A stretch of DNA of 63,362 nucleotides, filler included, from Octopus bimaculoides (GCF_001194135.2; 6 parts of 6 records of this genome joined end to end with filler, not necessarily neighbours in it), one strand, 5' to 3'. Positions 27,462 to 40,214 are shown, numbered from the whole stretch's first letter. Numbers and translations are program-made. The notes: generated from the letters alone by a model not told the origin.

Positions 27462-27760
27462 AAGATGCATGGCCTAGTGAATATGGATTCCTGGATAGGC
27501 GGCCTGTTGTGTTCTTGAGCAAAACACTTCATTTTACGTTGCTTTACTGGTGCGTAGAGATTGGCATGTCAAAGAATCGACCCAACGTTTCTTCCGAGTA
27601 TCCTAAAAGGCAACTAAATGAGGTACGAGCAAGGTGTGCACTCCAACTTCCTAAAACCCTCACCAGAAGCGACTATCCAAAAGAGACCCGTTCGCTGGAG
27701 TGTCGCCTGAGGGGTGAAAGCGTGTCATCTGTCAGGTGTAGCAGGTCCAGGAAATAGTGA
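27462..27760 (+). mobile_element. SINE family C, long copy
   Basis: gcatggcctagtg head, then gtgttcttgagcaaaacacttcattttacgttgct; the 3' boundary is approximate. Confidence 0.65.
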
Positions 27761-27857
27761 ATGCAGCGACGTGCTATTGCAGCGCATGCCCCCATACTTC
27801 TACTACTACCACCACCAACACCACCAACACCACCACCACCAACACCACCACCACCAT

Positions 27858-27910
<53 letters not shown>

Positions 27911-28776
27911 GGTAAGTAGAGAGATAGATAGCGGATATATATANNNNNNNNNNNNNNNNNNNNNNNNNNNNNNNNNNNNNNNNNNNNNNNNNNNNNNNNN
28001 NNNNNNNNNNNNNNNNNNNNNNNNNNNNNNNNNNNNNNNNNNNNNNNNNNNNNNNNNNNNNNNNNNNNNNNNNNNNNNNNNNNNNNNNNNNNNNNNNNNN
28101 NNNNNNNNNNNNNNNNNNNNNNNNNNNNNNNNNNNNNNNNNNNNNNNNNNNNNNNNNNNNNNNNNNNNNNNNNNNNNNNNNNNNNNNNNNNNNNNNNNNN
28201 NNNNNNNNNNNNNNNNNNNNNNNNNNNNNNNNNNNNNNNNNNNNNNNNNNNNNNNNNNNNNNNNNNNNNNNNNNNNNNNNNNNNNNNNNNNNNNNNNNNN
28301 NNNNNNNNNNNNNNNNNNNNNNNNNNNNNNNNNNNNNNNNNNNNNNNNNNNNNNNNNNNNNNNNNNNNNNNNNNNNNNNNNNNNNNNNNNNNNNNNNNNN
28401 NNNNNNNNNNNNNNNNNNNNNNNNNNNNNNNNNNNNNNNNNNNNNNNNNNNNNNNNNNNNNNNNNNNNNNNNNNNNNNNNNNNNNNNNNNNNNNNNNNNN
28501 NNNNNNNNNNNNNNNNNNNNNNNNNNNNNNNNNNNNNNNNNNNNNNNNNNNNNNNNNNNNNNNNNNNNNNNNNNNNNNNNNNNNNNNNNNNNNNNNNNNN
28601 NNNNNNNNNNNNNNNNNNNNNNNNNNNNNNNNNNNNNNNNNNNNNNNNNNNNNNNNNNNNNNNNNNNNNNNNNNNNNNNNNNNNNNNNNNNNNNNNNNNN
28701 NNNNNNNNNNNNNNNNNNNNNNNNNNNNNNNNNNNNNNNNNNNNNNNNNNNNNNNNNNNNNNNNNNNNNNNNNNNN

Positions 28777-28810
<34 letters not shown>

Positions 28811-30819
28811 TACAAGTTAGCTAAAGTGGGGTTTTTAAACAGTGTTTTTGCATCCCATATTCTACGCTGAAACTCTTTCTTGAATTCTTCAGTTTGAAAC
28901 ACGCACCGATACATGGGGACCCCTTTATATAGCATAGGTAAACACACCACGCCTCATGTGCTGCCAGAGGCACTTCAGTATTTAACTCTTTTAATTGTTA
29001 TATTCGTCTTGCACTTGAATCAATTCATTTTCAAAATAATGAAGAATTTAGGAAAATATTTTGACGATTGTTACAGTTTGGAACATAAATTAGCACGAAT
29101 TTTTAGACGAAGGTTTTCAATATGCAGCAGTAAGTATCATAGAAGAAGGGCTTCTGCTTTTATAAGAAATGGCGTAAAGGAAACTAAATAAGAGAAGAAA
29201 TACCCTTTCAAGTTTTGTGTTTGAGACGCCATTGGATTAAAACTTAAGTTTAATGCTCAGAGCTACTATAAGTATTTAATAATTGAAAACCTAATGTTCA
29301 TGCTAGATATAAATGAGGATTTGTTCTTATGTGCAGAGAAAAGTGTTGATTGCAGACAGAAGAGTAAAGACATTAAAACCAGCAAAGGTTTGAGAGCAAG
29401 GATCATACGTAGTGAGGCAATTAAGATTTGCGTTTCCCAGAGGGAGGAATGTATTCAAAAGTAATTTAACTTGTCTACTCACGTCGTTTGTATAAGGCAA
29501 CAAAAGAAGCTGAATAAAAGCGTGTTCCTTAATTTAGTAAGTTTTGTTGTATTTAAACACTGCTTACGAGGATTAAATTGAAGAAAACTAGTTTGCAACT
29601 CGCCTCACTTTTCAGCAAAACATTATGCTGTGCATCATTGTAATCTGTAATGAGGTATGTGAAGTCGAAGCCTCATACAACTCTGACAAATAAAAACTCG
29701 TGGGAGATAAGTTTTACAGCCATGACAGCGTATCAGACAGGTTTTTAATGACTCTATGCCAAAATGGAGACATACAAGACCTCTTCTAAAAGTAAATAAT
29801 GGATTTACCGGCTTGACAACATTGTAGTATTGCCTCTCTGTCAAATAATATAACATTCTAATATTGTAAGGTAGCATCTGACTGAAATACCATTAATGGT
29901 TTTTGCTTTGTTGTTTTTGGTCTTGCTTTGGTTTATTTTAATGTTTTTTTTTCTCAAAAGTTTGACCAGATAGTTTACTAGAACATAAATATTAAAAATG
30001 CTTCAGTTATTATTATTATTATTTTTTTTTTTTGTGCAGTCAAATTTTATATTACCTAACTGTGAAATCAGATATTTTTCTCGAGTATTTCCCTAGCGCA
30101 TTACCGTATTAAATACAAACAAATATAGTGAAAATGTACATCAGCCAAGATTTTAAAGCAAAATACTTTATGCAACAGAAACTAACAGAGTTCAGAACTT
30201 AAAAAAACTGACATAATAAATAAATGTTTTTGCATACATGGATTTCTCAACATTCCTATTAAATATTTGTTAACACATGCTCGTAATGATTTTTTTCTAC
30301 AATAGGCATATGGCCTGGAATTTAGGGGAAGGGTTTCAGTGTTTAACTGCTAATTATTTAATCGAAGGGGTGAACGGCAAAGTCGACCACAGTAGCATTA
30401 GAGTGCAGAGCATAAATCCGGAAGGAATACCGCTAAGTATTTTGCGCGGCATGCTAACGAATTGGGCTCACTGGCTTCTTTGTGTTTGTAATAATAAAAA
30501 TGGTTGAGTAAATCTATTTCCTCTCTTGCGGGTCTCAATCATCTCAAGCTCTTCGTATGAGTCTTTTCATCATATATGGTTCTTATGCTAAATAAATAAG
30601 TAATATGGTCACCGTTGTTATATTTCTTGTGCTTCCTTTTGCTACACAGAAGAATGTGATTTGAGGATGATTTAATTATTGTTTTCAACATATAAACAGT
30701 CACATACAGAAGCTCTCTTTGATACAAATATTTACATTTGAGTTCCAGCCGTTGAGAGAGACAAAGACATACATATATACATGCACATGCATACATATAT
30801 ATAGGTACCTACATGCATA

Positions 30820-30853
<34 letters not shown>

Positions 30854-31194
30854 ATTTTAATTTTATATATATACTATTTTTTATCTTTTATATTTTATTT
30901 ATATATATATATATNNNNNNNNNNNNNNNNNNNNNNNNNNNNNNNNNNNNNNNNNNNNTTAATTAATTAANNNNNNNNNNNNNNNNNNNNNNNNNNNNNN
31001 NNNNNNNNNNNNNNGTGTGTGTGTGTGTGTGTGTGTGTGTGTGGTGTTTTCGTTGAGAAAGAAACGGGGCGTAATTTCCTTGGACTCGAAGCTGAGTTTG
31101 GGGGCGGGGGTTGGTGGTGGGGGTGCAGGGAAAAGGAAAAGAAAAGTAAAGACTTTCTTGTTTGTGTTAAACTACCATCAACTAAGGAGCCGAG

Positions 31195-31365
31195 CTGCTT
31201 TAATTGACAGAAATAGCAACCAAATCTCTCTCAAATCTCATTCCACCGTTTTAAGCAGTAAAATATTGTAATCCAAAACACCGCTAACATGATGGGATGG
31301 TCATGTTTAGAATGTCTATGATCATAGATAGGTCTCTCCTTGCTCATTTAAGCTTAGTCAGACAC
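31195..31365. mobile_element. Interspersed repeat family D
   Basis: gaaatagcaaccaaatctctctcaaatctcattccaccgttttaag...gggatggtcatg...tgatcatag; same as 51845-51975. Confidence 0.7.
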
Positions 31366-32212
31366 TTGCTAAACAACAATGGTCTGTATAGTATTTAAAT
31401 CAGTCATGGGAACACTGCGGCCCTCGGGACTTGCTGAATTTGGATGCCTAACGAAAAATTACCTTCGAATTTCTTTTTTTCCTTTTTTTTTTTAGTTGTG
31501 TGGCTCGCCAGATAATGAGCCGTATCAGATGCGGTCCGCTCCTCGAAAAAGGCTGCCTGTGTCTGCTCTAATCTTAAGACACCTTTAACATAATGACAAT
31601 CCCATTCATAGCATGAGATCAACATGTCTTCAAAGAACCGTGACACCACGAGGATTACTGAATCAATATTTTGCCTTCGTTTCACTTCTTGTTTTGCACA
31701 GGCTATTTTGATAACGTTTCGGTAGCCACTCCGTTTACCGTTGATATGGGGAAATATATAAAGTTTGTCCTTGGATATTTTTATATATTATGATTTTTGT
31801 AAACATTTGCATTATTTGTGTTTTAACAAGGTTTGTTTTTCTGGGTTAGTAAATGAGGATATGCTCTAAAGAATCTCCGTAATCGTTTTGAGAGTTGGTA
31901 AAAAGAAAGGATAAACAGAAAAAAAGTAAGCGAATACATTTGAACAAACAGACGTAGCAAATACTCGACAAGTTGAGGCGAGGGAAAGATATTTCCAATA
32001 ACGTTGATAGGAATACCAGCAGTTTTGCTAGCGTCGCTAGCCAAAGGAAAGCAATGGATATAGGTCAGCTGTCGGATGGAGAAGAACACGAGAGAAGTGT
32101 GTTAGGAAGGATAGTCCAAACACAGAAGAAAATGAAAGACAATTTCACATGTGATCGCTAAAAAGAACATCCATTAAATAAGTAAATTTACGATATTTTA
32201 ATATATTTCGAG

Positions 32213-32620
32213 CCGGCGAGCTGGTAGAACCGTTGGTACGCCGAGCAAAATGCTTAGTGGCATTTCGTCCGTCTTTACCCCTCATCCTATTTTGGGGTCA
32301 AATAAAATAAGTACCAGTTGAACACTGGGGTCGATGAAATCGATTTATCTCTATCCCCGAAATTGCTGGCCTAGTGCCAAAATTTGAAACTGATATATTT
32401 CAAGACAGTCATTTGTAGAGTTGTTACCGCGCCGGACAAAATGCTTGTCAGCATTTCTTCCAACTTTACGTTTTGAGTTCAAATGCCGCCAGGGTCGGGT
32501 TTTGTCTTTCACCATTTGGGAGTCGATAAAATAAGTACCAGTTTAAAACTGGGGTCGATGTAATCGACTTACCTCCCCCCTCGAGATTGCTAACTCCTTG
32601 CCTAAATTTGAAACCGATAT
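32213..32620 (+). mobile_element. Two tandem SINE family B copies (first with an internal deletion)
   Basis: ggcgagctggtagaaccgttgg...aataagtaccagttgaacactggggtcgatgaaatcgat...gccaaaatttgaaac, then a second copy 32415-32620 ending cctaaatttgaaacc. Confidence 0.88.
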
Positions 32621-32644
32621 TTTGATATAAAGAAAGGGTATATG

Positions 32645-32958
32645 TTCTTTTATTCTTTTACTTGTTTCAGTCATTTGACTGCGGTCATGCTGGAGCATCG
32701 CCTTTAGTTGAAGAAACCGACCCTAGGACTTATTTTTTGTAAACCTAGTACTTATTCTATCGGTTTCTTTTGCTGAGCCGCTAGGTTTCGGGGACGTAAA
32801 CAGACCAACATCGGTTGTCAAGCGATGGCTGGGGGGTGGGGACAAACACAGACACGTACACCGTCTACCAAATCCATTCACAAGGCCATTGTTCGGCCCG
32901 AAGCTATAGCAGAAGACTTGTCCAATGTGCCACGCAGTGGGACTGAACTCGGAACCAT
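32645..32958 (-). mobile_element. SINE family A with the central microsatellite region deleted; head runs into gap
   Basis: ttcttttacttgtttcagtcatttgactgcgg...ggacaaacacagacacgtaca|ccgtctaccaaatcc...gtgggactgaactcggaaccat. Confidence 0.9.
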
Positions 32959-34124
32959 NNNNNNNNNNNNNNNNNNNNNNNNNNNNNNNNNNNNNNNNNN
33001 NNNNNNNNNNNNNNNNNNNNNNNNNNNNNNNNNNNNNNNNNNNNNNNNNNNNNNNNNNNNNNNNNNNNNNNNNNNNNNNNNNNNNNNNNNNNNNNNNNNN
33101 NNNNNNNNNNNNNNNNNNNNNNNNNNNNNNNNNNNNNNNNNNNNNNNNNNNNNNNNNNNNNNNNNNNNNNNNNNNNNNNNNNNNNNNNNNNNNNNNNNNN
33201 NNNNNNNNNNNNNNNNNNNNNNNNNNNNNNNNNNNNNNNNNNNNNNNNNNNNNNNNNNNNNNNNNNNNNNNNNNNNNNNNNNNNNNNNNNNNNNNNNNNN
33301 NNNNNNNNNNNNNNNNNNNNNNNNNNNNNNNNNNNNNNNNNNNNNNNNNNNNNNNNNNNNNNNNNNNNNNNNNNNNNNNNNNNNNNNNNNNNNNNNNNNN
33401 NNNNNNNNNNNNNNNNNNNNNNNNNNNNNNNNNNNNNNNNNNNNNNNNNNNNNNNNNNNNNNNNNNNNNNNNNNNNNNNNNNNNNNNNNNNNNNNNNNNN
33501 NNNNNNNNNNNNNNNNNNNNNNNNNNNNNNNNNNNNNNNNNNNNNNNNNNNNNNNNNNNNNNNNNNNNNNNNNNNNNNNNNNNNNNNNNNNNNNNNNNNN
33601 NNNNNNNNNNNNNNNNNNNNNNNNNNNNNNNNNNNNNNNNNNNNNNNNNNNNNNNNNNNNNNNNNNNNNNNNNNNNNNNNNNNNNNNNNNNNNNNNNNNN
33701 NNNNNNNNNNNNNNNNNNNNNNNNNNNNNNNNNNNNNNNNNNNNNNNNNNNGTAGGGGGCCAGCGCTGCAGGGGAGGTAAGCAAAAGACCTAGAAAAACA
33801 AACAAGCAAAAATCAAAAATTTTTTTTCTTTTTCGCTTTTACTGTCCCCTTATTTATTTATTTATTTATTTGAAGACCTGTTGTCATTTGTCATTAGGGG
33901 TTTCAGTTTTTCCCATGAATCATCCTGATTTATATACGCATGTATGTTTATATGTACGTATGTATGATTATGCGTATGTATGTACGTACGTACGTACGTA
34001 TATATATGTATGTATGTATGTGTGACAGCATGCGGGTATGGATGGATGGATGGATGGGTGGATGGGTGGATGTGCGTACGTATGTATATATGTGCGTATG
34101 AATATGCAATGTGTGTGATACAAG

Positions 34125-34540
34125 AGGTTTGCTTCGACACCGCATGTGCCCGGGTTCAGTCCCACTATGAGGCACCTTGAACAAATGACTTCTAGCCCGG
34201 CCCGACCGCAGACTTGTGAATGAATTTTGTTGACTATCATCACTACCACCACCATAATAATAATTATCACCATCATCATCGTCATCAACCTTGTCGTCGT
34301 CATCATCATCATCATCATCATTACCAACTCCACCACTACCCCCTCTGTCAACGACCTTATCACCAAACCTGTCACCATCACTACCATGAACATCACCAGG
34401 AGGTAAGAAGCTTGCCTCCTAACTACATGGTTCCAGGTTCAGTCCCACTGCGTGGCATTTTGGGTGTCTTCTGCTATAGCTTTGGGTTGACCAAAAGCTT
34501 TGCGAGTGGATTTGGTAGCCGGAAACTGAAAGAAGCCCGC
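34125..34540 (+). mobile_element. Two SINE family A heads separated by a (CAT/CAC)n tract (34230-34395)
   Basis: ccgggttcagtcccactatgaggcaccttgaac at 34149 and ggttccaggttcagtcccactgcgtggca...gtagccggaaactgaaagaagcccg at 34429-34540. Confidence 0.85.
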
Positions 34541-34544
34541 ACAA

Positions 34545-34625
34545 TTCATTTTTGCCAGGTGAGTGGACTGGAGCAACGTGAAATAAAGTTTCTTGTCCAA
34601 GGACAATTCACGACCTTACGATTGG
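34545..34625 (-). mobile_element. SINE family C fragment
   Basis: catttttgccaggtgagtggactggagcaacgtgaaataaagtttcttgtccaaggacaa. Confidence 0.75.
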
Positions 34626-34649
34626 AAGCTGAATGCAACGACCTTAGTA

Positions 34650-35010
34650 TTTGAATGGTACTTTATGTTATCGACCCCAAAAAGACAAAAAGCAAAACTA
34701 GCCTCGATGGGATTTGAAATCACAACGAAAAGAGCCAGAAGAAATGCCGCGAAGCATTTCGTCCAGCGTGCTAACGATTCTTATTTCTTTATTGCCCACA
34801 AGGGGCTAAACATAAAGGGGGCAAACAAGGACAGACAAAGGGATTAAGTCGATTACATCGACCCCAGTGCGTAACTGGTACCGGTTTTATCGACTACGAA
34901 AGGATGAAAGGCAAAGTCGACCTCGGCGGAATTTGAACTCAGAACATAGCGGCAGATGAAATACCGCTGAGCATTTTGTCCGACGTGCCATAACGATTCT
35001 GCCAGCCTGT
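34650..35010 (-). mobile_element. Two SINE family B copies (34650-34785 partial; 34788-35010 near full length)
   Basis: atttctttattgcccacaaggggctaaac...gtcgattacatcgaccccagtgcgtaactggtac...aggatgaaaggcaaagtcgacctcggcggaatttgaactcag...aacgattctgccagc. Confidence 0.92.
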
Positions 35011-35247
35011 TCCTTCTTATAACATTATTTCCATTCTTATTTATCAACTGGAGTTTTCAATAAAGTAAGAAAATGACTGCAACGCCGAGACTTTGAGGAG
35101 AAGTCTTAACCCCCGCTTTTATGCGTTCAACAGATGAGGTAACGCTTTCTCTGGGATAGCATGCTAGCCTATGGCAAGTAACATTCTCTGATGATCTGAC
35201 AACTTTTAGTAGTAATGCTACCATGGGTATAACTACTAGCCCAACTC

Positions 35248-35279
<32 letters not shown>

Positions 35280-35290
35280 NNNNNNNNNNT

Positions 35291-35460
35291 GTACGAAAAA
35301 AAAACAACAACAGACGAGGACAGGTGGTGTAAACAACAAAAGGATGTATTAGTTTGACGCTCGGGAATACAGAAAGTCTTTAACGTTTCGAGCTACGCTC
35401 TTCAACAGAAAGAATACGGAGAAAACAAGGAGAAAAACACGGAGAAAAAAAAAATTGAAT
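35291..35460 (-). mobile_element. Penelope-like remnant, family P2, with hammerhead motif 35377-35413
   Basis: Minus strand tcttt-CTGTTGA-a-gagc-gta-gctc-GAAAC-GTT-aaaga: perfect 5-bp stem I and 4-bp stem II; only A6 of the core is altered. Confidence 0.7.
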
Positions 35461-36687
35461 AGTCCTTGGTCAACGATCTATCATAGCTTCTGCGGACAAG
35501 AAGTTTAGAAAGTTCACACAGGAGAGCTAACAAAAGGGGGAGATAACAAAAAGGGGGAAGAAAGAACGGTGACCGAAGAACGAGGAGCTGTGTGTGTGTA
35601 TGTGTGTGTGTGTGTGTGTGTGTGTACCAGCTAGTATGACCTACTTCGGGCTTTTGTAGTCTTCGGAGTAAGGATAACATGAAGGGAGAGGGTCAGGGTT
35701 CAATTCTAACTGAAATAACAAGAAAACGAAATATCATGCATCGTATGGGAGGTCGTGTCTAGGGGCCCCCACCCCCTTTTCACGGTAATATAAAATATAA
35801 ATAAACACTTTCCCGGCTCAGTTAGACCATTTGTAGTCTCACCTAGTTTCGGGACTGAGAATGAGATGTAGAGAGATAAAGGGAACGTAAAGAGAATGCC
35901 TGTGAAAAATGGCCTCTCTCTCTCTCTCTAGTATTTCCTGGCTGATGGAACAACCGAAATTAACTGGTGAAAACTGATAACTTTAACATCAACAGACAGA
36001 GCAAACTAATTAATATTTCTTGTGACAACATGACAGCTGTAAAAGGCATAATCTATCTAACACTGCTAATAACTGTTTGTCACCAATTACAAATAGTATA
36101 TGAAGGAAAAAAAACTGGTACAACTTCATTACATGATGTTTACATTGAAAACATCAAACTACTTTGGCAAAACTCACACGGCAGCTTGAAAAATCTTCTA
36201 ATTGAATGAGAGAAGTAGAGATTAACCGAAAGTCATGTTTACATAGCAGAGGTTGTCTCTTTATTAAATAAAGAGTTTACAAGGATGTGAGAAGTAAACG
36301 CAGAGGACAAAATAACACTTCAGTATAACGTCACCTCGTTGAAAATGAGTTTGTTATAAGCCAGGACTAACTTGATTGTAACAGAACTGTTCCGATGGTT
36401 TGATAGAGCAGGTCGATCAACGGTTAAACTGATCAAGAGTTAATATTATTAGATTGTTGAAATAGTACTAATTTCTGACCTTCTTGTTTATGTATACCTA
36501 TGGAATTCTATTAAGGTATGAGACGTTTTGGCGCCGCTGCTTCGGCGTTGACTTCTTTGACACAACACGTTTAAATCTTCCTCACATTTTAATATCTCTG
36601 TCGTTCTCTCCTCTTTCCCATTGTCACGTACTTTCTACCCCTCTCTTTCTCTCTCCATACATATATACACACACACACACACACACG

Positions 36688-36730
<43 letters not shown>

Positions 36731-37287
36731 NNNNNNNNNNNNNNNNNNNNNNNNNNNNNNNNNNNNNNNNNNNNNNNNNNNNNNNNNNNNNNNNNNNNNN
36801 NNNNNNNNNNNNNNNNNNNNNNNNNNNNNNNNNNNNNNNNNNNNNNNNNNNNNNNNNNNNNNNNNNNNNNNNNNNNNNNNNNNNNNNNNNNNNNNNNNNN
36901 NNNNNNNNNNNNNNNNNNNNNNNNNNNNNNNNNNNNNNNNNNNNNNNNNNNNNNNNNNNNNNNNNNNNNNNNNNNNNNNNNNNNNNNNNNNNNNNNNNNN
37001 NNNNNNNNNNNNNNNNNNNNNNNNNNNNNNNNNNNNNNNNNNNNNNNNNNNNNNNNNNNNNNNNNNNNNNNNNNNNNNNNNNNNNNNNNNNNNNNNNNNN
37101 NNNNNNNNNNNNNNNNNNNNNNNNNNNNNNNNNNNNNNNNNNNNNNNNNNNNNNNNNNNNNNNNNNNNNNNNNNNNNNNNNNNNNNNNNNNNNNNNNNNN
37201 NNNNNNNNGAGTTGCTTTTCCGGGTTGTGTCAACATAAGCACATGAAAATGTCAATAAGAACATATAAAACGAGAGAAAGAGAGAGA

Positions 37288-37343
<56 letters not shown>

Positions 37344-37854
37344 CTGGGTCCAAAATTTCTTGCAGCTGAAATTCCACTCAGTGATCTGCTTCCCTTCTTT
37401 GATGTCTGTCTGTTTACGAAACATTCCTCTCTTGAATTACATACACACACTGTTTAAACTTCTAGACTTGTTTATTTTATTCTTATTTCATTAAATTTTT
37501 TTTCTCCTCAATGAAATACCTTGAATGGTTATTGTATGTAAAGGAATGGCACTTAGTGCAACTGTTTGCAGCCCACTTAGTGCAGGGGGTTTGTTGACAA
37601 CGTAATACTATACATGTCAGTCGTTAGCAGCGCTCGTTCTTATCGTATAAGTTGTTATATCATTTATCTGTAACGTCTATAGTGCAGCACATAACCCGCT
37701 TTAAAAAAAAAAAATTTTTTTTAATAAAAATGTCGTCTGTTATCAGCCATTTTGGATTTTTTTTAAATGCCATTTGTTTTCCTTTTTTTTTTAATTGTTG
37801 GGTGCGTTATGAATAACTTTTATCGACGCAGGCATAAGAAGTTCGACTGAACTA

Positions 37855-38055
37855 TGTAGTTACGGGTACAGTTTCCACCGTGTGGCACGCGTAGTGTCTT
37901 TTACTATAAGCCCGGGTAAACGTCTTTTACTATAAGCCCGGGTAAACGTCTTTTACTATAAGCCCGGGTAAACGTCTTTTACTATAACTCCGTACCGACC
38001 AATGCCTTGTGAATGAACTTGGATGATGGAAACTATTTGGAAGCTCGTTATTTGT
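37855..38055 (+). mobile_element. Degenerate SINE family A 5' half containing an internal minisatellite
   Basis: ccaccgtgtggcac...gtgtcttttactata...ccgaccaatgccttgtgaatgaacttggatgatggaaact aligns with the family A head. Confidence 0.75.
37896..37987. repeat. 26-bp minisatellite gtcttttactataagcccgggtaaac x3 plus 14 bp
   Basis: Three identical units at 37896, 37922 and 37948; partial unit 37974-37987. Confidence 0.97.
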
Positions 38056-38241
38056 GTNNNNNNNNNNNNNNNNNNNNNNNNNNNNNNNNNNNNNNNNNNN
38101 NTTAATTAATTAANNNNNNNNNNNNNNNNNNNNNNNNNNNNNNNNNNNNNNNNNNNNCTTCCTTCCCCCTCCCAAAAAGAAAAGCTCTACATTGTATTTG
38201 TCCCATCTTCGTTGAGCCCTGTGTGGCTAATAAAAGAAATG

Positions 38242-38300
<59 letters not shown>

Positions 38301-38324
38301 ATGTTTGTCTGTCTGTCTATCTGT

Positions 38325-38425
38325 CGATTTGTGTACTCACATATACGATTTGTATGCTCACAATTACGATTGTGTACTCACAATTGTGTCGATTTGTGTA
38401 CTCACAATTACGATTTGTGTACTCA
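38325..38425. repeat. ~21-bp imperfect tandem repeat (cgatttgtgtactcacaatta) x5
   Basis: Direct inspection; follows a (CTAT)n tract. Confidence 0.9.
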
Positions 38426-38794
38426 TATATAAGCAGTCATACGCCTGCGTGTGTACGTGTGTGCATGTATGGTTTTATTTTTGATGTCCATACAGATTTC
38501 TCCGCAGTGAGTTAAGTTATATCAGTGAAATAGGCCTGGCTTAGGATTGTGTGAAGAATTAATATAACTTAAAGACTAGGTGTGAACTTCAACATATAGA
38601 AGCTATACGTAACGTAAGCATTAGTCAGAAAGCAGAAGAGCCTTTCCTGATGACCGCACGTATATCGTATTGGTATGCTATATCTCAAATACTAAGGATT
38701 TATCTAAAGAGTCATTAGATATTTCAGCCCTCACCAATCGGTTCCCTTTGGACTCCTGTAAAAGCCAAATTAATGTGTTGTTCAAATATCCTTT

Positions 38795-38920
38795 CAACTA
38801 TAGGCATAAGGTCTGAAATTTGGGTGAGGGGACTAGTCGATTACATCGACATCAGGGTTTCACTGATACTTAATTTATCGACCCCGAAAGGATGAAAAGG
38901 GAAGTCGACCTCGGCGGACT
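38795..38920 (-). mobile_element. SINE family B, 3' portion
   Basis: taggcataaggtctgaaattt...gtcgattacatcgac...ttaatttatcgaccccgaaaggatgaaaagggaagtcgacctcggcgga. Confidence 0.88.
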
Positions 38921-39004
38921 TGTATTGTTCAAATATCAAGGACAGTTCTGTTGTGAAAAAACTTTAAACATCCGAAATCGCATCCAAGGCTATTCAGTTG
39001 ACTG

Positions 39005-39035
<31 letters not shown>

Positions 39036-39109
39036 CACACATACATAAAACAAACATACAAATCTGCGCATACACTAACACCAAATACTGCGCACACACA
39101 CATATGCAC

Positions 39110-39350
39110 AAATACCTAGATGATGTTGACAAAAGTTCCAATGAAGGAGACTTGAATCTATGTTACAGTCCGGCTCTTTCTCTATTGACAAGAAATACAA
39201 AAATGAAACTGATTGATAACATACATACATACAAAAATACCCGGTTGATGTTGAAAATTCCAATGAAGGAGCCTTGGATCTAGGTTAGGAACCGGCTCTT
39301 TCTCTATTGGCAAGATATCTTGAAATAAAACTGAATGACATACATACATA
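39110..39350. repeat. Tandem dimer of a ~125-bp unit, each ending in (ACAT)n
   Basis: gatgttga..aa.ttccaatgaaggag.cttg.atcta.gtta...ccggctctttctctattg.caaga.at...aaat.aaactga occurs at 39111 and 39236 (period 125). Confidence 0.9.
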
Positions 39351-39464
39351 TAGAGAGGCAATTAAGCGTTTGTACTCTGTGTAAGTTGGATTAATTAATA
39401 CAACTAGTTAAATATTCATCGCTTGAAAGTCTCCACTTTTTGCCTTCTCTCTCTTTGCAAATAT

Positions 39465-39851
39465 GTTGTTGTTGGCACTCCGTCGCTTACGACGTCGAGG
39501 GTTCCAGTTGATCCGATCAATTGAACAGCCTGCTCGTGAAATTAACGTGCAAGTGGCTGAGCACTCCACAGACACGAGTACCATTAACGTAGTTCTCGGG
39601 GATATTCAGCGTGACACAGTGTGACAAGGCTGACCCTTTGAATTACAGGCACAACAGAAACAGGAAGTAAGAGTGAGAGAAAGTTGTGGTGAAAGAGTAC
39701 AGCAGGGTTCGCCACCATCCCCTGCCGGAGCCTCGTGGAGCTTTAGGTGTTTTGGCTCAATAAACACTCACAACGCCCGGTCTGGGAATCGAAACCACGA
39801 TCCTATGACCGCGAGTCCGCTGCCCTAACCACTGGGCCATTGCGCCTCCAC
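39465..39851 (-). mobile_element. Full-length tRNA-derived SINE family E with 12-bp TSD
   Basis: Minus-strand head GTGGAGGCGCAATGGCCCAGTGGTTAGGGC...GGTTTCGATTCCC (A and B boxes), (CAA)n tail; TSD ctttgcaaatat 39453-39464 / ctttgcaagtat 39852-39863. Confidence 0.93.
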
Positions 39852-40214
39852 CTTTGCAAGTATACATATACCGAAACTATCATATTTAATATAGTTAATT
39901 TGTTTATCCGCATAATTGCCCCCATATCTGCTCAACTTGACCCCTTTTCGTACAGTCATTCGTTACCCCGTGGAATTAAATCCCTGTAAAGAAATCGGTG
40001 TCTAAGTTTGAATCATTTGAGCACCAAGTGTCTTCTATACTGAGAATATGGATCTCACCTGTGGACTATACATTCATACCCCCCCACACACACAGTGGTG
40101 CATACATACATACATACATACATATATGCTTATACGCATAAATTGTATCGACTAAACTATTGGATGTTGTTATACACCGCTGGTCACGATGCGTTTCTCC
40201 ACATAGTTTTAGCT

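Noticed and set aside
31404-32161. ORFs 31404-31685 (-) and 31973-32161 (+) with natural-looking composition
   Set aside because: No recognisable domain and no consistent splice architecture; lengths are within chance expectation.
34220-34654. His-rich 144-aa ORF
   Set aside because: Translation of a (CAT/CAC)n tract fused to SINE sequence.
37896-38425. CRISPR-like appearance of the 26-bp and 21-bp repeat arrays
   Set aside because: Units are head-to-tail with no unique spacers, there are no cas genes, and the context is eukaryotic.
39780-39851. tRNA-like sequences with A/B boxes (also heads at ~550, 16530, 50558, 61666)
   Set aside because: They continue into SINE bodies with tails and TSDs and lack a complete cloverleaf; SINE heads, not tRNA genes.
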